This document shows positions 1 through 9,030 of a DNA stretch of 64,000 nt, piece by piece. Source of the DNA: an uncultured Eubacteriales bacterium. GTDB lineage: Bacteria > Bacillota > Clostridia > Oscillospirales > Acutalibacteraceae. A program made the position numbers and the translations under genes. Within the stretch, counting starts at the first letter, position 1. Each line of letters starts with the position of its first letter. Location of the stretch: the NCBI GenBank assembly GCA_900315285.1, contig OMYO01000004.1, positions 3,000 to 66,999 on the forward strand, given 5' to 3'. Under the pieces are notes generated by a model. The model saw nothing but the letters and a program-made list of their open reading frames with translations, was not told the origin of the DNA and did not search any database.

Positions 1-43
1 TCAATAACTAACTAATATTATACTTGGTTATGTCAAAAAGGCA

Positions 44-1627
44 ATGAAGGAAAAGAAAGGATCCCGAACCATGCGTTTCAAGAAAAACAAGTTATGGAGC
101 GGCACACTAGCCATGGCCATGGTGCTTCTGCTTCTGGTAAGCTCGCTTGGAGTTACCGCCTTTGCAGAAAAAGCGAACTCCTATAAACCAGGAACCTACA
201 CGGTGACCGCCAATCTCTACATTGACGGGAAAGACAACCAGATTCTTAAGGGAACCACCGCATATATCACCAATACGGCATTCCCGCCGACCTCACCTGT
301 TGAGAACAATGCGTCTCTCGAGGTAAAAGAGGACGGCACAATGTATCTCACCATCAAAGGTCTGAACCCCATTGTCCAGCTGCAGAAGATCGATGCCGGC
401 TCCGGCGCCGAGGTGGTAGACCGCAACTACACCGGGAGTGGAGACAGCAAGCACATTGACGGTGTCCGAATCCGTCTGGACAATGACTCCGGAAAATACC
501 GCTTTGCAAAGGCAGAGGAGAAACCCTCCGTGGTTAACAGCACCTTCCAAATGCCCTTGAGTCTCAGTGTCGACTTCAGTACCGTAAAGAAAGGGGTCCC
601 CGTGAAAACGGAGACCTCTTCTTCTACTAGTGTCAAGGATCCTTCTACGAAATCAGAGGCACCAAAGCCCATTGCATTTGTACAGAGCAATCCTGTCAAG
701 CAGGTGGTGCAGACTGTAAAAGCAATGGTCAAAACCATAGTTGATCAGGTAAAAAACACGCTCCTTTCTCTTTTCCTTCCGCAGCAAGCAGAGAATACAA
801 CTACTCCGAATCCAGTAGTTCCGGCTCCCCAAAGTGAGCAATATACAACGCCTGTCTCTGAAAAAACCGTTCCGAAAAAGATCAGCAAGACAGAGCCTAA
901 GACCCAATCAGCAAAGAATAGTACCCAAAAAAAGGTAAAAAAGCAGGAGAAGAGAACTTCCAATAGTGTAAAGCCGGGTCGTTACCGTGTCTCCGCCAAT
1001 ATCTGGTTCTCCAAGGAGGCGACCGGTCTTCCTATGAATCCGCATATTACAAACGGGGCTTTCCCACCGAGCGAGCCTGTGAGCGGAAATGCCACACTGA
1101 TTGTAGATAACAATGGCAATGGACAGGTCACCGTTCCTATCCGCATTCAGCCTAATATTATGTCGGTTACCTCCATCAGTGGGCTTCCCATCACCTCGCA
1201 GACCCGTTCTGGCGGACGCCTCACGGGTATTACGGTGTCTCTCGGGAAAATGCCTTCTGATAGGAGTTCCATCCGCAGATCCTGCAGTGCGACCATCAAT
1301 ATGGGCGATCTAGCAGTTCAAATCTCCGGCCTCTCCAAAACCCATACATGGCCCGCCACATTTGAGATGGATTTCCACGGTCTCCCATCATCCGGTGGCG
1401 GAGCGCTCTCCGCTGCACAGGTAAAAGCGCTGCAGCAGGGAAAGAAAGATGAACAGCATAAAGGCGTCAAAGTACAGAACGGAAAACATGTCATCAGCGG
1501 GAAAGGAAAACTGAATCGCCCCGGCGAAGAGGAAAAGACATCCAAAGAAGTTCCGACAATTCTAGGCGTCACCGGTGCCGTAGCAGTTGCCGCCGCAATC
1601 ATCCTGCTTCGCAGGAAACTTCGATAA
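44..1627 (+). CDS. Secreted, C-terminally membrane-anchored surface protein with two NEAT-like beta-sandwich modules
   Basis: 527-aa ORF. Signal peptide ends ...LGVTAFA/EK. Internal duplication: KPGTYTVTANLY..TNTAFPPTSPVENNASLEV..SLSVDF versus KPGRYRVSANIW..TNGAFPPSEPVSGNATLIV..FEMDF. S/T/P/K/Q-rich linker between the modules. C-terminal hydrophobic helix followed by RRKLR. Module family assigned by pattern only. Confidence 0.7.
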   Translation: MKEKKGSRTMRFKKNKLWSGTLAMAMVLLLLVSSLGVTAFAEKANSYKPGTYTVTANLYIDGKDNQILKGTTAYITNTAFPPTSPVENNASLEVKEDGTMYLTIKGLNPIVQLQKIDAGSGAEVVDRNYTGSGDSKHIDGVRIRLDNDSGKYRFAKAEEKPSVVNSTFQMPLSLSVDFSTVKKGVPVKTETSSSTSVKDPSTKSEAPKPIAFVQSNPVKQVVQTVKAMVKTIVDQVKNTLLSLFLPQQAENTTTPNPVVPAPQSEQYTTPVSEKTVPKKISKTEPKTQSAKNSTQKKVKKQEKRTSNSVKPGRYRVSANIWFSKEATGLPMNPHITNGAFPPSEPVSGNATLIVDNNGNGQVTVPIRIQPNIMSVTSISGLPITSQTRSGGRLTGITVSLGKMPSDRSSIRRSCSATINMGDLAVQISGLSKTHTWPATFEMDFHGLPSSGGGALSAAQVKALQQGKKDEQHKGVKVQNGKHVISGKGKLNRPGEEEKTSKEVPTILGVTGAVAVAAAIILLRRKLR

Positions 1628-1642
1628 GAGGGGAGTAGCACC

Positions 1643-2653
1643 ATGAAATTCAAAAAAATACTCTGTTTATTCCTAACGGTGGCACTCGTTGCCATAATGC
1701 TCACTGCCTGTGGAAAGGGATCATCCAATTCCGGTTCTGCATCCAAGTCTGGAGACCGCACCACTGTGAATATCGGTCTCATTATGGGTCCGCCTTCTAT
1801 GGGTCTCGGATGGTTCATGAATCAAGTGGAGCAGGGGAAGACCTACAACAACTATAAGATGACGGTGGATGGCACAGACTATTCCAAGCTTGCGGCATCG
1901 CTGAATGACGGGACTTATGACATGATCACCTGTCCCGCCAATGTCGCAGCCATTTTATATAACAATAAGGACCTGCAGTCCGGTGTCAAAGTTATCAGCA
2001 TTGACAATACTGGTCTTCTCTACATCATTACAACAGACCCATCCATTAAGACGCTGAAGGATATCAAGGGAAAGAATCTCTATGCAATTGACGAAGGTGG
2101 CACGCCGGAGTACACACTGAAAAACATCCTTAGCAAGAACAAGATGCAAAATCAGGTGAACATCTCGTTTAAATCTACTCCATTTGAGGTCCTCAACCTG
2201 TTGGAGAAGGAGAAAAACAGCGTGGCCATGCTCCCACAGCCCTTTGTCGAGGTGGCAAAGACCATGGTTCCCGGACTTCGTGTTCCCATTGATCTCACAA
2301 GGGAATGGAACAAGGTAGAAAAAAACGCGGAGACGATTACCGCCGTCACAATCGTTCGCACTGACTTCTTGAAGGCCCATGAACAGGCAGTTCAGGAATA
2401 TCTCGATATGACGAAAAAATCTGTGGACTATACGAACTCCCATGTGGATCAGGCCGCAGAATGGACGGATACCTACGGTACTTTCATGAACCCGGAAATT
2501 GCAAAGACAGCCATTCCCTACTGTAATATCGTCTGCATAACCGGGAATGAGATGAGAGAAAAGCTCTCCGGTTTCTTAAAGATCATTAATGCTATGGACC
2601 CGGAGGCTGTGGGAGGCAAACTGCCTGACAGCGCATTTTATTACATTCCATGA
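1643..2653 (+). CDS. ABC transporter substrate-binding lipoprotein, NMT1/SsuA (NitT/TauT) type
   Basis: 336 aa. GAGGGGAG RBS. Signal peptide with lipobox LTAC. Overall resemblance to NMT1/THI5-like periplasmic binding proteins. Lies 16 nt after the upstream gene. Confidence 0.75.
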   Translation: MKFKKILCLFLTVALVAIMLTACGKGSSNSGSASKSGDRTTVNIGLIMGPPSMGLGWFMNQVEQGKTYNNYKMTVDGTDYSKLAASLNDGTYDMITCPANVAAILYNNKDLQSGVKVISIDNTGLLYIITTDPSIKTLKDIKGKNLYAIDEGGTPEYTLKNILSKNKMQNQVNISFKSTPFEVLNLLEKEKNSVAMLPQPFVEVAKTMVPGLRVPIDLTREWNKVEKNAETITAVTIVRTDFLKAHEQAVQEYLDMTKKSVDYTNSHVDQAAEWTDTYGTFMNPEIAKTAIPYCNIVCITGNEMREKLSGFLKIINAMDPEAVGGKLPDSAFYYIP

Positions 2654-3438
2654 GAGGCAACAAAACCATGAACCAGGCAAAACCGAAAATCCGAAAGGCT
2701 CTGATCGTCCTGTTCTGGCTGGTGGTCTGGGAACTCGCAGACCGAATCATCCACAACGGACTGGTTCTCTCCGGCCCCGTCCATGTGACAGAGGCCCTGG
2801 TGAACCAGATGAAAAAGGGAGATTTCTGGGTCATCTGCGGAGCCTCGTTTGGAAGAATCGTCCTGGGCTTTCTCCTGTCCTTTCTGGCAGGTTTTCTGCT
2901 GGGACTGCTGGCATATCGGTTCCATTTCATGAAAGACCTTCTGGCGCCGATCATGTCCCTTTTGAAGACAGTCCCAATGGTCTCTTTTGTCATCATGCTC
3001 CTGATCTGGGTGGGAAACCAGGCATTGACCATTTATCTGTCGTTCCTAATTGTCCTCCCAATGATTTATACCAGCACACTCTCGGGAATGGAATCTGTCC
3101 CGCAGGAGATGCTGGAGATGGCAGATACTTACCACCTGTCAAAATGGAGAAAGTTTCTCTATATCTATCGACCGGCCGTCATGCCATACCTCATATCCAA
3201 TACAAAGGTGAGCCTTGGCATGAGCTGGAAATCCGGAATCATGGCCGAGGTCATTGGAACACCGGAGCCCTCCATCGGCCGGGAACTCTATCAGGCAAAA
3301 TCATTTCTGCAGACCGCAGACCTCTTTGCCTGGACAATCGTGGTCATTGTGCTCAGTCTGCTGTTTGAAGTGGAATTCCTGAACCTGATTCGGCTATTTA
3401 ACAAGCCTATGGGAAGGGGGATTGTCCATGGACGTTGA
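2650..3438 (+). CDS. ABC transporter permease (NitT/TauT family)
   Basis: 262 aa, polytopic. ATGA overlap with the binding-protein stop. EAA-loop-like segment EMADTYHLSKWRKFLYIYRPAVMPY. Confidence 0.85.
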   Translation: MRGNKTMNQAKPKIRKALIVLFWLVVWELADRIIHNGLVLSGPVHVTEALVNQMKKGDFWVICGASFGRIVLGFLLSFLAGFLLGLLAYRFHFMKDLLAPIMSLLKTVPMVSFVIMLLIWVGNQALTIYLSFLIVLPMIYTSTLSGMESVPQEMLEMADTYHLSKWRKFLYIYRPAVMPYLISNTKVSLGMSWKSGIMAEVIGTPEPSIGRELYQAKSFLQTADLFAWTIVVIVLSLLFEVEFLNLIRLFNKPMGRGIVHGR

Positions 3439-4003
3439 TATCCTTCATCTGTCAAAGAGCTATGGGGAAAAATGCATCTTCACTGATCTGTCCCTCACTT
3501 TCCCAGACCATGGCATCTATTGCTTGATGGCACCTTCTGGGCGTGGCAAGACAACTCTTTTCCGTATCATGGCAGGACTTGAAAAACCGGATTCCGGAGT
3601 AATCCGCGGTATCCGAGCCGGTCATACCGGTATCGTCTTTCAGGAGGACCGACTCGTCGATTTTCTCGACCCGGTCCAAAACATCTCTCTGGTCTGCCCC
3701 AAATCAACCTCCGGCAAGACGATAGAGACGAGCCTCCGCAATATTCTGCCGGAGAACTGCTTAAAACAGCCCATCTCGGAACTATCCGGAGGAATGAAAC
3801 GACGTGTCTCACTTGCACGCGCCATGTGGTACCCCAGCAGTTTGATTCTCATGGATGAGCCTTTCACCGGGCTAGACCAAAAGACACGGAGAAATGTCAT
3901 TCAATATCTACTGGATTTGAGAAAAGACCGAACGCTCATCGTCTCAACCCATGACCCGGAGGACGCAGAGCTGCTTGGCGGAAAAGTCGTACATCTCGAT
4001 TAA
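3428..4003 (+). CDS. ABC transporter ATP-binding protein (short, no C-terminal regulatory domain)
   Basis: Walker A PSGRGKTT, signature LSGGMKRR, Walker B LILMDEPF, H-loop STHD. ATG at 3428 sits 7 nt after GGAAGGGGG; the tracked ORF start at 3422 is a TTG. Confidence 0.9.
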   Translation: MDVDILHLSKSYGEKCIFTDLSLTFPDHGIYCLMAPSGRGKTTLFRIMAGLEKPDSGVIRGIRAGHTGIVFQEDRLVDFLDPVQNISLVCPKSTSGKTIETSLRNILPENCLKQPISELSGGMKRRVSLARAMWYPSSLILMDEPFTGLDQKTRRNVIQYLLDLRKDRTLIVSTHDPEDAELLGGKVVHLD

Positions 4004-4013
4004 ACAATAAGGA

Positions 4014-4055
4014 AAACGCTGCAATCCAAATCACGGATTACAGCGTTTATTTTTC
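4014..4055. terminator. Bidirectional intrinsic terminator between convergent genes
   Basis: aaacgctgcaatcc / ggattacagcgttt stem, flanked by an A-run and a T-run. Confidence 0.75.
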
Positions 4056-4060
4056 TGTCC

Positions 4061-7000
4061 TTAGCAATAATGCAGGAAAGAACGGAGCTGGCTTGCTGCC
4101 GTCTCATCCCAGTCGCCGTCGAGCATGACCTCATAATAGGGTACAGGACAAGCTTCCTGGATACCACTCATAGAGAGTACCATTGAGACATTTTCATAGC
4201 GCGGCTCAAGAGAGAGAACCGCAGATACATCCTTGGCAAGAACCGTCTTTGCCCAGCGGTAGCGGGCATTTCCACCATTTAGGGAGGGGAGAGAAGCATC
4301 CGCGCATTCATTCAGGGAGTTCCAGTTCTCGGCAAAGGCAGAGCGCTCACCCAATCTGCGATGGATTTCTCCTAGCCGGTTGGCATAATTTTGTACCTGC
4401 ACGGAGGGAATATCCGGTGAATCGCCCATGAGGAAACAAATCGACTCGGATAGGGGCGTGCGAAGCAGAACATTTCCCTCTTCCACCAGTTGTTCCAGGA
4501 CGCCCTCGTCCAGGCTTGTCATGCACATGGGGTCGCCAACCACAAGAATTTTTCGTCCCTCGACGGGAATTTTCCCAATATTTTCGGCAAGCTCCAAAAG
4601 CTTTTCAAAGGTGGGAATCTCCTTCGGGGCAAATTTCTCCCGGAACTCGCTTGGGGCAGAATAAAATAGGTCACCCGTCAGGAGAGCACCGAACAAGAGA
4701 TCCGGGTCATTAGAGTTTATCAGGATTTCCTCCAGAATGGGGGAGACCACTCGGAGATTCTGGACCCCATTTCTTCTCAACGCAGAGCGGACGGCCAAGG
4801 GATAGATTCCCTCCGCCTCGGCGCCCCGATCAGAAGGGATCAGGAGGTCAGCGGGATCCTGGCACTCTGTAGCCGCGGAAAGCGCCGTGCCGGCAAGGGC
4901 GGCAAAGGGATAGTACTCCTTCGCCCTTGTCTCAGAACGTCCGCGATGGAGCAGTTCCGGAGTAATCCGAGTGATCTTGACCGCACTGTACTTCCCGTTC
5001 TGTTCCAGATACATTTTTAGATAATCACTGTACAAACCAAAGTCAGGCAGGAAAAGCGGTCTGTTCGTGATCTCTTCCGTTGTATTGGGACTCTTGACGT
5101 TTTTCTTTAATTTCTTTTGAATCATGCGAAGGGGGAGAGGAGCCTTCTTTTTCTTCTCGGTCATCCAGCTGATGTCTCCTGCCTCTCGGATAGACTGTTT
5201 TTCCAGACTATTGAGAAAAGCCTCCACCCGGGTGATAACACCGACCTTGGAGAAGTGTTCATCCACCTCGATTTGAAGATACGGCTTGTCACCCATGACC
5301 TCTGCTACAAGATGGTTCAGCATGGAATCCGGACCACAGCCATGGTTGGTGAGGTAAACAGCATAGAGGTTTGGATGGCTGGCAACAAGCTCCGCACCGC
5401 CAAGAATATGCTGTCCAAACGGCCAGTACATGTTGGGATAGTCTTTATCTATGTGGACATCATGGCCGGGAAGGTTTTCGTTGGTGATGACCTTATAGCC
5501 GCGCTCCAGAAGAAGCTCCGGAATGCCCATGTTGAGAACGGGGTCATTCATTCCATAGGGCCTCGTCATGAGTACCAGGACCTTGTCCTCCGGCTTTAAA
5601 TCACGGAGCAAATCCTGTCCCTGTTTTTCCATTTGCTGGCCATACGCCGTGAAAGCACGCGCGCCGGAGGCCAATGCCTTCATGACTTTCGGGCGCGGAA
5701 TTCCAAGAGAAATGCCGACATTGATCATACTGGAAGCCATGGCTCTCGGTCCAATCTCCATGTCCACCACGGGGCTGAGGACATGGATCCCCTTATCCTC
5801 CAGCTTTAGAGAACGTGCAATATTCGTCGGAGCACTCTGCATATAAACACACCCATAGCTGCGCTTGACGCCGGCGCCCTCATGGTTCATGGTGTGAATT
5901 CTCGGAAGGAATAGATAGTCGACGCCCCGTTCCACGAGTTCCAGCATGTGTCCGTAAATCAGTTTCACGGGATAACAGGTCTCACCCTCGGCGGAGAGTT
6001 GGGAACGTCGAATGGTATCCTCATTGGTTGGGGTACTCAGCAGGACATTGAACCCAAGTTCAGTGAAGAAGTGATAAACCATGGGAAACATACGGTGAAT
6101 GACCAATACGTAGGGAATACCGACTGTCTTCTTATTGGGGTCGATCGTACCGTCATAATCGCCCATGAGATAAGTTCGCTGAGACTGATAGAGTTCAATA
6201 TTTTTCTGAATTTCTGCCGTCAGGACAGGCTTTTCCTCAATATCCGTTTCTGTAAACCCGTGGAAATGGCTAGGTTTACCCTTCTCCTGATGCTCCAGAG
6301 CGAGCATAGCCACTCCGAAGGCTCCTGAAATACTGAAGCAGGGGGAGACCGTGATCCGTTCTCCATAAGCCTGCTGGAAGGCGGCCACAATACCGGGGTT
6401 ATAATCCACACCGCCCTGGAGAACAATATGCTGTCCAACTGGCTTGTTTCCCACGACACGGTGGAGATAGTTTCTTACGACAGACTGGCAGAGACCAGCA
6501 GCAATGTCCTCCTGTGGCGTATCTGCGCCCTCCAAGGAAGCAATAGATGTCTCCATGAAAACCGTGCAGCGCTCGCCGAGATCCGCCGGTGCACGGGAAG
6601 CAAGGGCCATCTCGCCAAATTTTTCCAGCGGGATATCCATTCTGGCGGCCTGTTCCTCAATAAAGGAACCGGTACCTGCAGCACAGATCTTGTTCATCAT
6701 GAAATCAACGACTTCGCCATCTCTGAGGGAGATATATTTGGAGTCCTGTCCGCCGATTTCAAAAACCGTATCGGCCTCCGGATTCCAAAATGACGCACAT
6801 TTTGCCTGGGCCGTGATCTCGTCTTTTATGCTGTCCGCACCAATCATTCGGCCAATCCGTGTCCGTCCGGAACCAGTAACGCCTACGGATTGGAAAGTAA
6901 TATTTCCATATTTCTCCTGGATTGCCGCCAGTCCATTTCGAACCGCTTTCTCCGGGTTTCCAGCGGTGCGGAGATACTGATAGTCAATGAGTTCTCCAGA

Positions 7001-7960
7001 AGGGGAGACCAAAACAAGATCTGTGCTCGTGGAACCAATATCAATACCGAGCGCACAACCCTCCTCTGGTATGACACCACTGGCAGCAGGATCATGGAGC
7101 TCGGTACCGAGTCGAAGTACAAGGGGGTCCGATACCCCCGCAACGGCGGGCTTAACATTTGCGAGAGACTCACAAAAACTTGCAAAATCAACGGCAGCTG
7201 CCGCATCTTTCGCAGCACCGATGGCGGCCGTATATCGAAAATCCTTCGGAATGATCAAATCCTCTTTCGAGAGACCAAATGTGTCACGTATTGCCTTGGC
7301 CACGCCGGAATTACAGGCGACACCGCCACAGAAGACAACCGGTTTGCGCACCGGGAGATTCTTAATGATGACGGCCTTGTAATTGCGGATCATGGCATAA
7401 CAGAGACCATTCAGAATATCTGGAATCGTAACGCCCTCCTGCTGGCGGTGGATGATATCTGTCTTGGCAAAGACCGCGCATCGCCCGGAAAGACGGGGAA
7501 TGGACGTGGCTTTTTCCACTTCCCTGGAATAGTCTTCAATCCGCATTCCAAGGCGGGACATCTGATCTTCAAAGAACGAGCCGGTACCGCCGGCACAGTG
7601 TCCGCTGACGCTGAAACGGGGAGCAGGGGAGTTCAGATCAGTAATAAAGCGAGAACTCTGACTGCCAATTTCCATAATACAAGCAGCGTTGGGAACAAGG
7701 GTCCGAACTCCCTCCGTTATGGCGGGGATTTCGTCCGTCAGACAGGACTGGGGTAGAATATCTTTTAAAAAATAAGCATTTCCGCCCGTCACACTACAGA
7801 GTTCTGTTCCATCTGCCACACCACATTCCTGCAAGCCAAGCACAAGGGTATCTGCAATATTTCCATAATGGGGCTCTATCCACTGCCTCTCGACCTCAGG
7901 ATCTGAGAGAATAATGATTTTCACCGTGGAGGATCCCAAATCAATTCCAATTTGTCTCAT
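4061..7960 (-). CDS. BadF/BadG/BcrA/BcrD-type double activase ATPase fused to a dehydratase-like (DUF2229-type) domain
   Basis: 1299 aa. GAAGGAG RBS. Two ASKHA ATPase modules (IGIDLGSSTVK..GHCAGGTGSFFEDQ..GRCAVFAKTDI and LGIDIGSTSTD..ICAAGTGSFIEEQ..ERCTVFMETSI). Cys-rich C-terminal half (ETCYPVK, YGCVYMQ, NHGCGPDS, DPMCMTS). Confidence 0.85.
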   Translation of the reverse strand: MRQIGIDLGSSTVKIIILSDPEVERQWIEPHYGNIADTLVLGLQECGVADGTELCSVTGGNAYFLKDILPQSCLTDEIPAITEGVRTLVPNAACIMEIGSQSSRFITDLNSPAPRFSVSGHCAGGTGSFFEDQMSRLGMRIEDYSREVEKATSIPRLSGRCAVFAKTDIIHRQQEGVTIPDILNGLCYAMIRNYKAVIIKNLPVRKPVVFCGGVACNSGVAKAIRDTFGLSKEDLIIPKDFRYTAAIGAAKDAAAAVDFASFCESLANVKPAVAGVSDPLVLRLGTELHDPAASGVIPEEGCALGIDIGSTSTDLVLVSPSGELIDYQYLRTAGNPEKAVRNGLAAIQEKYGNITFQSVGVTGSGRTRIGRMIGADSIKDEITAQAKCASFWNPEADTVFEIGGQDSKYISLRDGEVVDFMMNKICAAGTGSFIEEQAARMDIPLEKFGEMALASRAPADLGERCTVFMETSIASLEGADTPQEDIAAGLCQSVVRNYLHRVVGNKPVGQHIVLQGGVDYNPGIVAAFQQAYGERITVSPCFSISGAFGVAMLALEHQEKGKPSHFHGFTETDIEEKPVLTAEIQKNIELYQSQRTYLMGDYDGTIDPNKKTVGIPYVLVIHRMFPMVYHFFTELGFNVLLSTPTNEDTIRRSQLSAEGETCYPVKLIYGHMLELVERGVDYLFLPRIHTMNHEGAGVKRSYGCVYMQSAPTNIARSLKLEDKGIHVLSPVVDMEIGPRAMASSMINVGISLGIPRPKVMKALASGARAFTAYGQQMEKQGQDLLRDLKPEDKVLVLMTRPYGMNDPVLNMGIPELLLERGYKVITNENLPGHDVHIDKDYPNMYWPFGQHILGGAELVASHPNLYAVYLTNHGCGPDSMLNHLVAEVMGDKPYLQIEVDEHFSKVGVITRVEAFLNSLEKQSIREAGDISWMTEKKKKAPLPLRMIQKKLKKNVKSPNTTEEITNRPLFLPDFGLYSDYLKMYLEQNGKYSAVKITRITPELLHRGRSETRAKEYYPFAALAGTALSAATECQDPADLLIPSDRGAEAEGIYPLAVRSALRRNGVQNLRVVSPILEEILINSNDPDLLFGALLTGDLFYSAPSEFREKFAPKEIPTFEKLLELAENIGKIPVEGRKILVVGDPMCMTSLDEGVLEQLVEEGNVLLRTPLSESICFLMGDSPDIPSVQVQNYANRLGEIHRRLGERSAFAENWNSLNECADASLPSLNGGNARYRWAKTVLAKDVSAVLSLEPRYENVSMVLSMSGIQEACPVPYYEVMLDGDWDETAASQLRSFLHYC

Positions 7961-8095
7961 AAAGAAAGCTCCTTCAGTTAGCTTTGTATAACTACAGGAA
8001 CATTATATTAAGAGTTAGATTTAGATAACTGTTGCTGATGCGACACTTTTCCTATGTTTTCTCTGCTATACTCGCAGTAAAAGGAGGGGAAACAT

Positions 8096-8428
8096 ATGGA
8101 ATTCCTAAAAAATTTACCGGAACAGCCAGAAAAGCTGGAGAATCTCATTGAGATCCGTCCAGGTGAGGTGGTCAGCATGGCCCTCTCTCAGGTGGAGTCA
8201 GTCCCTATGACACTCTTCGCCATACCGGCAGGGGAGAGCCTGCGGAGCGAAATGTACCCGGGGGACACACTGTATCTCTGCCTCTCCGGTGACCTGGAAA
8301 TTCGACGAGAGGACTCCACGTTATCCCTGACTTCGGGCGATGCACTCGTTGTCCCCGCCATGAAATCACACGCAGTCGACACCAAAAGTGGTGCTAAATA
8401 TCTGGAGGTAAGTCTATGGAACTCATGA
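8096..8428 (+). CDS. Cupin-domain protein (metal-ligand motif degenerate)
   Basis: 110 aa. AGGAGGGG RBS. Small beta-barrel pattern ..GDTLYLCLSGDLEI..GDALVVPAMKSHAV. No HxH motif. Confidence 0.7.
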   Translation: MEFLKNLPEQPEKLENLIEIRPGEVVSMALSQVESVPMTLFAIPAGESLRSEMYPGDTLYLCLSGDLEIRREDSTLSLTSGDALVVPAMKSHAVDTKSGAKYLEVSLWNS

Positions 8429-8754
8429 AGAATATTGAAAAAGCAACTCCATTAGTCGTAAAAGACATGGTGGACTATGAAGACCATAAAGTAGTGACCC
8501 GCACTCTGGCCGACACAGATGGTGTTGGTATTACCGTTTTTGCCTTTGACAAGGATGAGGGAATCAGCACCCATGCCGCCGGAGGAGACGCCTTCGTCAC
8601 AGTTCTTGAGGGCACAGGGCGTTTCACCATTGACGGTATTCCCCACGAACTGAAAGCAGGGGAGTCCATCGTAATGCCATACCGCATTCCCCATGCTGTC
8701 TACGGCGTGACCAAATTCAAAATGCTGCTCACTGTGGTATTTGGGGAAGAATAA
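8416..8754 (+). CDS. Cupin-domain protein
   Basis: 112 aa. Overlaps the upstream cupin by 13 nt; GGAGG RBS. Motifs ISTHAAGGDAFVTVLEGTG and GESIVMPYRIPHAV. Confidence 0.75.
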   Translation: MELMKNIEKATPLVVKDMVDYEDHKVVTRTLADTDGVGITVFAFDKDEGISTHAAGGDAFVTVLEGTGRFTIDGIPHELKAGESIVMPYRIPHAVYGVTKFKMLLTVVFGEE

Positions 8755-8777
8755 TAAAAAATACAAGAAATTAATAG

Positions 8778-8807
8778 GACCCGGCTGGAGACGGCCGGGT
8801 CTTTTTA
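8778..8807 (+). terminator. Intrinsic terminator of the cupin pair
   Basis: ggacccggc / gccgggtc stem followed by ctttttat. Confidence 0.8.
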
Positions 8808-8814
8808 TGCACTC

Positions 8815-8927
8815 TTTTGATATATCATAAATCAGAAATATTCCGCAAATGCAATCACAGAATTCAACATTTTCAACAAGTCCAATAGAATAGGTGAATT
8901 TTTGGTTTCATATGTGATATATCAAAA
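8815..8927. repeat. 13-nt inverted repeat pair, each containing the 10-bp perfect palindrome TGATATATCA
   Basis: TTTTGATATATCA at 8815-8827 and TGATATATCAAAA at 8915-8927 are exact reverse complements. They lie in an AT-rich, ORF-free spacer. Confidence 0.6.
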
Positions 8928-8968
8928 AATAATTTATTGAAATCAGGATTAATCAACATAGTCCAAAG

Positions 8969-9011
8969 CAAAAAATAAACAGCTGCATCGCCCAAGCGAA
9001 ATACAGCTGCT
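8969..9011 (-). terminator. Intrinsic terminator of the AmmeMemoRadiSam operon
   Basis: On the minus strand: cagctgtatttcgc / gcgatgcagctg hairpin followed by tttattttttg. Confidence 0.7.
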
Positions 9012-9030
9012 TTAATTCAGAAAATCTGCC

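Noticed and set aside
2589-3368. 259-aa alternative-frame ORF overlapping the ABC permease on the same strand
   Set aside because: Its translation is Pro/Arg/Gly-rich with no TM or motif. The permease frame gives a canonical polytopic protein coupled to its neighbours.
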